Below, piece after piece: positions 38,924-48,453 of a DNA stretch of 64,000 nt; position 1 is the stretch's first letter, and the number at the start of each line of letters is the position of its first letter. The notes beneath the pieces are model-generated. The model was not told where the DNA came from. It saw only the letters and a list, made by a program, of their open reading frames with translations, and did no database searches. The stretch is from contig JAKMXF010000338.1 in the NCBI GenBank assembly GCA_024704765.1, positions 1 through 64,000 on the forward strand, in the 5' to 3' direction. The stretch comes from Oopsacas minuta (Eukaryota > Animalia > Porifera). Position numbers and translations under genes: made by a program.

Positions 38924-40236
38924 CAGGGTGGCTTTTAAGTTCTGTCCCATGCAAAAACTACTATTTATCAATATATATATATAGCTTGGTAATGATATTT
39001 ATTGCTCTAATTTATGATTCTGAGACAAAACATATTTCGCGAATTTTATTCAATATAGCCTCCCTCATTTTGTATTACACGTGTAATTCGATCCGGCAAG
39101 GCCTCAATAGCAGCTCGGAGGGTTTTTTGAGGAATTTTATTCCACTCTTGGCAAAGTTTCTTCTTCAGTGACTTGATACTTGTGTGAGAGTTAACACGAG
39201 CTTTCGTCTCGAGAATTGACCACACAGAATAATCCATGGGATTCAGGTCAGGACTGTAAGGAGGCCATTCTTCCTTGGTTATAAAACCAGGAAAATTGTC
39301 ATATAACCATGACTGGGTAACATTAGAAGTGTGTGCTGGCGCCCCGTCTTGTTGGAAAACAAATGAAGTACCTCCGAACATGTCTCGGCCTATATTCTTC
39401 AATACTGGCTCCAAAACCATTTCTCGATAATTAATTGAATTGATTTTTACCCCTTGTGGTACAAAAACCAATGGTGTCCGGCCCATTTTTGACACCCCTG
39501 CCCAAACCATCACCGACTTAGGGTTCTGTATTCGGCTAACATATCTGAACTTCTCGTCGACTTTAGAAGGAGATGATGCAAGTATACGATCATTTTGTAC
39601 ATTGGTTGCCTCCTGGATAGTGAATATTTTCTCATCTGAAAATAATATTTTTTCTAGATTTTCAACAGCGTACCGGCCCAACGCACCTTTGCATCTTGCA
39701 ACCCTTTTTTCCTTTACCAATTGAGGAAGGAAGTGTACCTTCTTACGCTTGAATGAACTCATCCCTAAATCCCTTTTCACAATTTTAGTCATTGCACATC
39801 TTGATACTTTCAGATCTAGAGCCATTTTCCTTATGGAACGTCTAGGATTTCGGCGAATTCGCTGGGCGATGACTTTCCCTAAGCTGGGGGTGGTTACTGA
39901 GCACGGACGGCCTGATCTCGCCCTATCTTCAACTTTTCCAGTATCCTTGTATCGCCTAATAGTGCGGTATACAAATTTCCTTTTGTTTAGAGGGAGTTTC
40001 AGGATCTTCAAAATTTCCCTTGAAGGATGTCCTTTTGTAAATAATTCTACAATTGCCGACCTCTCACGTTCCATCACTAATAAAATTGAAATTTCTCTAC
40101 AATTGTACTCTGAAACTGTATATTTATGTTAAATACAGTATAATAAGGTAAACTAATAAGATATATCTAATAGCAAAGACTCAGCATGGAAAAATGGTTC
40201 TTATAAATCATGGGACAGAACTTAAAAGCCACCCTG
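38924..40236 (-). mobile_element. maT/DD37D transposon, 1313 bp, apparently intact
   Basis: Perfect 28-bp TIRs cagggtggcttttaagttctgtcccatg; TA TSDs 38922-38923 and 40237-40238. Confidence 0.96.
39046..40077 (-). CDS. Intact DD37D (maT) transposase, 343 aa
   Basis: FSDEKIF, FQQDGAPAH, WPPYSPDLNPMDYSVW; 37 residues between the second and third D; no stops. Confidence 0.95.
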   Translation of the reverse strand: MMERERSAIVELFTKGHPSREILKILKLPLNKRKFVYRTIRRYKDTGKVEDRARSGRPCSVTTPSLGKVIAQRIRRNPRRSIRKMALDLKVSRCAMTKIVKRDLGMSSFKRKKVHFLPQLVKEKRVARCKGALGRYAVENLEKILFSDEKIFTIQEATNVQNDRILASSPSKVDEKFRYVSRIQNPKSVMVWAGVSKMGRTPLVFVPQGVKINSINYREMVLEPVLKNIGRDMFGGTSFVFQQDGAPAHTSNVTQSWLYDNFPGFITKEEWPPYSPDLNPMDYSVWSILETKARVNSHTSIKSLKKKLCQEWNKIPQKTLRAAIEALPDRITRVIQNEGGYIE

Positions 40237-40689
40237 TAGTCATCGCGTTTTATCTAGTTTTAGAATAGCAGGTTAGAGACCAAACAACATTTCAAGATAT
40301 AAATTAGATTTTTGAAATATAAATGTTTCATTATTGTAAAGGAATTCTTTCTTCTTAGTTACAAGTGCTAAAAATATAACTATGAAACTGTATCGATTTG
40401 ATATACCACACAACAGAAATCCAATAACAAGAAGCCGCAAATATTCATCACCATAACAACCAATTTACTTGTTGAATCAGGATGAAATTACTCCTTTCTG
40501 GGTTTGAAACGATTGTGAATTCAATGATAATAAGGAAATAAAATTCTTAGGGGGTAAAAATTTCATGCTATTTCCAGCAAAAACCCCACTGTGTTGTCTC
40601 TTGTTCGATTTATTCCAAAATTTAGCTAATCAGATTTAAACTAAAGAAGAAACGACAAATCAGTCAGTGGTGTGAAATTTGAAATGACC

Positions 40690-41082
40690 AAAAATATTTG
40701 CATAGTTCAGTATCAAATTCCCATGTTACGATATTTGTATTTGATTCAAAAACATTTGTATAGTCAATATTAAAATTCCAGCGATGCAAATTTCAAATTG
40801 ATTCTTAAAGATTTGTATGGTTCAGTATCAAAATTCCTGTGGGCCCAAATGTGTAATTCATTTAATAACATTTGTTTGATTCAATATCAAAATTCCTGTG
40901 GATCCAAATGTGTAACTCAGTTAATAACATTTGTAGGGTTAAATATCAAAACTCCTGTGTTGCGAATTTGTAATTGAATGAAAAATATTTGTATGGTTAG
41001 GTATCAAGATTCATATTTCACTAAGTCTTTATTTGATTCAAAAACATTTGAATGGTGCAGTATCAAAATTCCCAAGTTGCAT
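40690..41082 (-). repeat. Inverted copy of the 59-bp array (about 7 units)
   Basis: Contains ggttcagtatcaaaattcc and tttgattcaaaaacatttgtat, the reverse complements of the 35290-36165 unit. Confidence 0.85.
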
Positions 41083-41946
41083 AATTAACCTATTTATGTG
41101 GGATCCAGGACGAACATACAGTGTGTCACGGTGAAATTGGCAAGATTTTTAGAGATATTTTTCTAATACAGAGATATCTTCGTTTTCTATAACTAAACTA
41201 TACAAACAACATACACAACTACACGATCAAATCCACTAGTACTTAATCTTCTGACCACAACTCTTCTTTACTAAAAGTACCCTTTTCCTCATAGATTCCC
41301 AATATGGCTTCAAAAATCCAATTGAATGTTGTCCCAGACTTCGTTGATAACACTCTCAAGCTCGTCAAGAGACTTGGGAGCTCTCAAATCCAGCTGTAAT
41401 TTTATCCAGGCCCATGGATTTTCAATTGGATTAAGATCCGACTACAGGTGGGCCAATCCATTCTGATTATACCCGCCTTCTACATGAAATCTTGGAGGTG
41501 TGCTTAGGATCATTGTCGTCCTGAAAAATCCAACCATCAGGAAAGAGAACTTGAATCTGAACTAATAAGCACTCGTTTAGAATTCGACAGTATCCCAAAC
41601 CAGTTAAATGTTCTCGAAAGATCTTCAAAGGGAAAGTGCCACAAGCAAAAAGTGCCCCTCAAACATCAAGCTTTTGTGGGTGCTTGGAGGTGGGTTTCAC
41701 TGGGTGTTCGTCACTTTTGCGCCGCAGCACAGTGGCACGAAATGTTCAGAATGTGGAAATAGGCATTTTGATGGCACATAGGTCCTCAAAATGTATTATT
41801 GTCATATAGGTTTTTGACCCAACGAATCGAATTGTATACTCAATTTATCTCTCTCCCTTCAGGTGACAAAGTTATGACGTCATTGTCACCTATCTGAGGT
41901 GTGAAAGTTCCCCAAATTTTCTATTAATCGACTGAGAGGTTTACTT

Positions 41947-43914
41947 TTAATCATCATTATGATCTTCATGATCACGAATAAGGGTGTTCACTAAAATATC
42001 TTGGCTACTTCTAAGTCCTTGACTAGATGGAGGCCTCGGAATAGAAAACTTGCGATTCATTAACAGCATGAGATCACTCTGAGAAATCAATCGAACAAAT
42101 ACATCCTTTAAATTTTCTTCAAAAGAAAACTTGCAAGCAAGACGATCTCTGTATCTCCGAATATAATTGTTAGAAGCCTCTAGTCTTTCTTCAGATAAGT
42201 TCTCTAGCCCATGTCCATCATTAAACGTTGAGATGATTTCCGGTGCATGTGCTAACAGTTTGTGTAACGTCGGGGAAACATAAGCCCAAGGAAATGCACA
42301 GAGAATTGACTGGTAGATATTACTGGAAAAAAACGCTAGTTCTTCTGTATCCACCCCTCTGCTGCGATTATAGACGCGTAGGACTGCTCCTAGGCATGTG
42401 TGAATTTCAATTCTGTGGGACTTGAACTCAGACGGGATCACTGTCAAAACCCAGTAGAGGAAATCTTAATCGTTGTCATCCCTTCCTATCAAGCATCGTC
42501 TTACCACATTACCAGTAGTCGTTGTGTCACCTTGTGTTGAAGGGATGTTAATGATAATAATGAGATTGTCCTTAATTAAACTTGTAACGAAAGTTTTAGC
42601 ATCTGAAACCCTCCTAGAAGTTGGTGACCACTTACATACTCCTGCGAGCAAATGGTTAATTAGATGTAAATCAGCCAAAACATCGGAGATATGCATGCAA
42701 GGCGAACTGGGTATGATTTCTAAGTCAGATATTGGTCTGTGTGTGACGTTGAATCTGTTGTCAGAAGATAATGATAGAAACTCCTCTTCGTTAATTTCAT
42801 CAAATAATACTTTGAGGTCTATGATGGATCGATTAATTGGAAAACCGTCTTATATGATATCCGGGTCATAGATTTTTTGAATGTCGCTGTACAGAACTGG
42901 CAACATGCACCCCCAGCTCCACTGATAATCTTAGCTATTTTGCCATCCAATTGTGAACGTTGAATTTCAACTTCACAAAATCCGCTTGTTAGTTCTAAAC
43001 CCTTTTCCGTTATCTCTGTGGACTCCTTATTGATTAGTGTACCCATAAGATATGGAATTTTGTCTTCGTTCTCCTGTAGAGCTAGTATAGCAATCGGTCT
43101 AATTGAGAAAGGAGAATTTGGTAGAGTGTTTTCCAAATCAGTTTGTTATCGATGTCGGATATGGAAATCACTTTAAACCCGAATAAAATAAAACTCTTGT
43201 TGATATATTGGAGTGAGTCGCCTGCTGATAAACTTGGTGAGAGCCAGAACCGTCAAGTCCATCTGAAATTCGTATCTTTTTAGGATTACTGGCGCTTGGA
43301 AATTCGTTGGCAGAAGCAGTCAATATTCTGTTTACTGTATGAGTAAGAAGCTTTTTGTAAGATACAGCAATGCCTACCCGATGTTCTCTATCAACTGAAA
43401 AGATGTCATTAGTCTAGCAAATTTGAGATCGATAGGTAGCTAATCGATTGAAACCTGGAAGCTAGACATTTGAAAGCAATAAACGTTTTAAATCGATGTA
43501 TTTCTTCTTTACAATTTCTAAAGAATTCATCAAGAACGCAGCTTTACCGCAGGTCAATTTATTGCAGACTGGACTGAAGCTTCCCTTAGCAATAATTTCT
43601 TTACAGAACTTGGTAGTAGTCAAGTTGTATTCAGTCTGTGAATATAGTACAATTAGGTAACAGGATAGTTCTTTCCCGGAAACATTCTTTGGAAAAGAAA
43701 CTTTTTCAAGATATGTTAGTAAAGAGGACAATCGGTTGTGAAGACCTTTAGTTGATAATTCCGTCCGAGGCTTACGGGTGGGCTTAGTAAAGTCTTCTTC
43801 GAAAACAGAGGTTGATTGGCTAGAAGAAACACTCACAATCACCGTGACTTCATCTGAGCATTGATAACCCGTACTCAATCTCGGGTGTGTAAGTGGTGTG
43901 TGAAAAGGTATCAC
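41947..43914 (-). pseudogene. RAG1-like transposase, frameshifted
   Basis: ELSTKGLHNRL; DGLDGSGSHQVY; QRSQLDGKIAKIISGAGGACCQFC; SPTLHKLLAH; LSEERLEASNNYIRRYR. Confidence 0.9.
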
Positions 43915-44665
43915 ATTCCAAGTAGTTATATCGGCTCGTTTCAGGTATTCTCCCTATCTTCTCTGAGTATCGGAAAATATCTCTGAACTGTATGATGCTC
44001 TGTTTCTTCCAAATTATTGAGGACAATAAACAAGGACGCGAGAGAAGTGATTGTTTTGTTCTTTTGTGGAGTTAGAATGTGTATGCATCTTCGTTATTCA
44101 TAATGAAAAATGTGCTAATAAATAAGCACAACAATTATTTGTGATTTATATGGGCCAAAAATTAGATAATTGTGAAAGTATTACATTTAAAATCGCAAAA
44201 AAATATCGTTTACACTTCCTGACAGCGTAACTTAAAGTGTATTTTGTAGAGGACGAAAAGAGCTATTAGGAAAGTGTAATGGAAAGTTCCGCAAGTGAAG
44301 GCAAAAAAAGTACTAGAGTTTTAATGAAACGTGTTTCTATTTATTGCACTTGTACGAACAAGCTTGTTTAAAATGAGAATAGTAAATTCCATCTGTTCAT
44401 TGGAGCGAAGATTAACGTGATATATTATTCAGCAACATAAGAGCTTTCTATTGGTATACGATAATTAGCAGTTATTTGACGTGGAGAATCCAAAATATTC
44501 AAAATTACATCATGAACAAAATTCAAACAATAAATCAATCTTTCGAGTTTCAATTATGCTCTCATTAGAATAGGCGTGGGAGCTGAATGAAAAGTCTATT
44601 GTAGAGATATTAAATGTTTTCTGAGGTTTGTGGGGGTGCTGAATTCAAATATCAACATTATAAAG

Positions 44666-46990
44666 CAGGCTTGTCCAACCTACGGTCCGCGGGCCACAAT
44701 CCGGCCCGCCAACATGCTCGGGAACTGTTACCAGTTGGTGGCGATATTTAATTGAGTGAAACCTATTTGAGCGAACTCAATTAAGAGAAAGCCAATATTG
44801 CAAAACCAAATTGAATGAAACCAATTTCAGAAAAGTGTGATTTCAATAACTTAAAAATCCTTAAATAACTTTGTAATTTAGTTTTGATTGAGTAATCATC
44901 TGTCACATAACTGGGTTTCTCTCAACTCGAACAGCTCATATAAACTCCAAATAATAAACCATCTTAAACAATATTAAAATAACTACAAAACAAATATGTC
45001 AACTCCCGTGATTAAAGCAAAGAAAAGGAAAATTGATAGTGAATGTCGAGTTTTCAAATCCTCATGGACATTAGATTTTTTCGTCGTAGAACACAACGAT
45101 TACTTATTGTGCTTGATATGTCAGGAGAAGATAGCTGTATTCAAAGAGTATAATATTAAACGACATTACTCTACTAAACATGCAGATACATTTGACATGC
45201 TTACAGGTCAGGTGAGAATCGATCGGGTGAACCTGTTGAAGGATAGCATCAACAGTCAACAATCTTTCTTCAAAGCCGTTAAATTAAGTTCTGAGACAGC
45301 AACAAAGATCAGCTTTCTGATAACAGAAGCGATAGCCAAGAGTGGAAAACCATTGTCTGAAGGGGAATTTGTAAAAGACTGCTTAGACATATTTACATCT
45401 GTGGCATGCCTAAATAAGAAGTCGATAGTAGAGAGCATCAGTCTATCACATCGAACTGTTGCTAGAAGAGTAGATGATTTATCATCCAACATTGAAATTT
45501 CACTAATTAAACGACTCAATGCTTGCAAATTTTACAGCTTGGCCCTTGATGAAAGTACCGATGTTAGCGACGCACCTCAACTGGCAATCTTTGTACGTGG
45601 TGTCACAGAAAATTTCGAAATAATCAAAGAACTGCTCGACTTATGTCCAATGAAAGGCACAACTACTGGGCAAGATATTTTCAATGTAGTAAAACATATG
45701 GTACGAAATTCAAACTTGCAGATGAAAAACTAAGTGGTTTAACAACCGATGAAGCCCTTGCGATGACAGGAAAGCATAAAGGCTTTGTTAGCCTTATGCT
45801 CAAATCAATGACCTCTCCTGTTATGACATACCACTGCATTATTCATCAGGAACAACTTTGTGCAAAAACCTTAGATATGAAACATGTGATGGAAAATGTC
45901 GTCAATACAGTCAATTTCATAAGGTCGAAGGGACTCAATCACAGACAATTCCAAGCGTTTCTTGCAGAGATAGGATCAGACTATAACGATGTTATTTACT
46001 TTAGCCAAGTTCGCTGGCTCAGCTGAGCGTCCACTCTAGCCAGATACTGGTCACTACTTGAAGAAATAAAAACATTCATGACCATTAAGGGAAAGGATGT
46101 GAGCTTTCTGGATGATGATCAGTGGTTGAATGATCTCGCATTTCTAGTTGACATAACTAAGTATCTCGCAGATTTAAATCTGAAACTACAAGGAAGAAAA
46201 CAATTCGTTAACAACCTGTATGAGCATGTCAAAGCGTTCATCCACAAATTACAATTATTCCACCAACAATTTATTTTGAAAAAGGTGGTACATTTCTCAA
46301 CATTATCTTCAAGAAAAAGTGAGACAGTGAATCATGATAAGTATTCTGCACTGATCAACAGCTTAATCGATGAATTTAAAATAAGATTTTCTGATTTTAG
46401 TGACAAATTCGATGAAATGGAGTTGTTTGCAGATCCGTTTGGAACTGATGCCACTAATGCCCCTGAAATGTTCCAACTGGAACTAATTGAAATACAAAAT
46501 AACTCGGAGAGAAAGAGAGCTTTTGCAGAGCATGTCCTTCTGACATTTTATGGTCAATATGTTACATCGGATCTATTTCCTAATTTATCGCAACACGCCC
46601 TTAGGTTCCTTTCCTTATTTGGCAGCACGTATTGCTGTGAACAGCTTTTCTCAATGATGAAAAATGTTAAAAGCAAGTCTAGATCACTCCTGACAGACAC
46701 TCATCTATCAGGAATATTACGGATTGCGACATCAAGTGTACGAGCAGATATTGACTCTTTGTGTAAACAAAAATAAAGTCAAATATCCCATTAGATATGT
46801 TCTTTATCATTAAAGTTTACTATAATTAAATAATACATGTAGTGATTTTTCAATTCTGAAATAATCCGTATTAACGCCATCCCCAAATAAATAACGTCAT
46901 GCTACCTTGATATATCCAATGTCGTGCGGCCCTCAAGTTGATAAAGAAGCCCTCATTTGGCCCGCGAACAAAAAAGGTTGGACAAGCCTG
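44666..46990 (+). mobile_element. hAT transposon of the Buster/SPIN (GTF2IRD2-like) type, 2325 bp
   Basis: Perfect 16-bp TIRs caggcttgtccaacct. Perfect 8-bp TSD TTATAAAG (44658-44665, 46991-46998), fitting the Buster nnnTAnnn pattern. Confidence 0.95.
44996..46776 (+). pseudogene. hAT (Buster-type) transposase, one frameshift and one TGA stop
   Basis: CLIC...KRHYSTKH zinc finger; LALDESTDVSD; LTTDEALAM; YHCIIHQEQLC; VRWLS* (TGA at 46024); STYCCEQLFS. Confidence 0.92.
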
Positions 46991-47805
46991 TTATAAAGCA
47001 ATTTGATGTTATAATTTTTTCACCTATTTCCACATGCCGTGCCACTATGCACAGGCAGAGCTTTCCTTGTCATAACCAAATAGACATTTCGTCGCTGAAT
47101 TCGACCTTCTCCCAATCCGTAGCCTTGTTATCTTTCGCCCAAGACACGCGTCTGTCCATATGCTTCTGTGTGAGGAACAGAATTAGCTTGGCAACCTTTC
47201 TGGGGTATCCCAACCTCTTGAGGTGTTGTCTCACGGTCTCCCTGGAGTACGTATTCGAACGTGTGGTGTTGAATTTGTTTGTCAATTTCCTAATAGACAT
47301 TTATCTGTTGTTTCGAGCTAGTTTGACAAGTGAAACGGTATCGTTCTTGCTGATAACTCTGCCTTTTCCGGAACCTCTCTTCCTCTCAATTGATATAGTG
47401 GCTCGGAGTTTAGAAATTGTTCGATAAACTGTGGACTTCGGATGCCTGTGCGACAAGAAACCTCCATCGCATTCGTAATACCGGACAGGTATAAGGTCCT
47501 AATCATGTCTCGGTGCATTTGCTCCATTATTTATAGGTATTTCGATATGAAATTCAAAAGATATCAGAATAAATTTCAACGAAAATTACAAAAAATATTT
47601 AAATATGTATGCAATTTAGCTTTTACAATAGTTGGAATGAAAATTACATTGGCAGGTCAGAAAATAATTTTAAAGAGTATATGTATAGGAATGTGATATA
47701 TCTATGAATACAACGATTGGAATGGACTTTAGAACACATGGTTGGGTTATAACAAGCGAAATAACCAGATTACCAAGGTTCCCAGTTTCATCTTGTCACA
47801 CTGTA

Positions 47806-47940
47806 ATCAATTCTTTAATTTTTTAATCAGATGCAGTACATTGATGACAAGAAGCTCCTCCAGCACCATTTGACAGTCCAGCCATTTTGGTGTCAAAGAG
47901 AGAACGGACAATATCAATTTGTATATGCTCTCCTATTAGG
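47806..47940 (-). pseudogene. Sixth RAG1-like transposase fragment
   Basis: IQIDIVRSLFDTKMAGLSNGAGGASCHQCTAS, containing the second catalytic D and the CxxC. Confidence 0.8.
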
Positions 47941-48453
47941 GGGGCTGGCTAGAAAACCTTGTAGCAACCAGGCATAGAGTTCTCTCACGAATGCGCAAAT
48001 CATTGAAACTCCTGAAATCCTTGATACTTGTAACAAGCCAAATCCGCTGATGTATATGCTGTATCATGTTCAAATGTTCCTGGCGTCTTCTGACTCCCAA
48101 CATGCACCTTATCTCAGCTTCTCTGCCCATTTGTACTTTTGTTTGAACCCGACGCTATATTTGTATATTTGACAGAGTTTTGAGGGGGTCTAATACCAAG
48201 AATTGTTCAGAACGAATGGGGTGCATCAATTTGTTCAAAGAACAGTGAAATTTAAGAATGCAGAGAGATGATAGGAATGTAATAGTATGATATGTATTAT
48301 TCAGCATATCACTGTGTATGGTAACAATTGCATACAACAAAGTCAAATGGACCATTTAACTTGGGTCTGCCAGATCCTAAGACAGCCCTAGGTGAAAGTA
48401 TCCATGGTGAAATGAATGTAATTATTACATACTATTTTACAATAGAAGTTAGA

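Larger units (their letters stand above)
36307..40593 (-). mobile_element. RAG1-like/Transib transposon copy 4 (native about 2972 bp)
   Basis: CACAGTG at both ends (36307; inward from 40593). TSD TTGTG (36302-36306) / TTGTC (40594-40598). Confidence 0.9.
41728..47049 (-). mobile_element. RAG1-like/Transib transposon copy 5 (native about 2989 bp)
   Basis: Ends CACAGTGGCACG (41728) and CATAGTGGCACG (inward from 47049). TSD CGCAG (41723-41727) / CACAG (47050-47054). Confidence 0.92.
41119..47803 (-). mobile_element. Tc1-family transposon (native about 1358 bp) split by RAG1-like copy 5
   Basis: TA + cagtgtgtcacggtgaaa at 41119; tttcatcttgtcacactg + TA ending 47803. N-half 47050-47530 (FSDEMSIW); C-half 41220-41727 (QDDNDPKH). 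Confidence 0.85.

Noticed and set aside
40577-40593. GCAAAAACC next to CACTGTG as a true RSS
   Set aside because: Wrong orientation relative to the heptamer and only 1 bp away; it is the 10-bp spacer of copy 4.
4190-47049. RAG2-like gene or a functional RAG1/RAG2 locus
   Set aside because: No kelch or PHD ORF was seen and under 400 bp lies downstream of each transposase. All RAG1-like copies are disrupted and bounded by TIRs and TSDs.
8284-47696. Many 60-220 aa ORFs overlapping transposases on the opposite strand or in other frames (e.g. 8284-8619, 8824-9120, 30665-30985, 31323-31997, 39749-40132, 46957-47427)
   Set aside because: Shadow ORFs of the transposase frames with no recognisable motifs.
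48310-48316. CACTGTG as the 5' end of RAG1-like copy 6
   Set aside because: No conserved box at 10 bp, and it is too close to the catalytic core to leave room for the N-terminal half.
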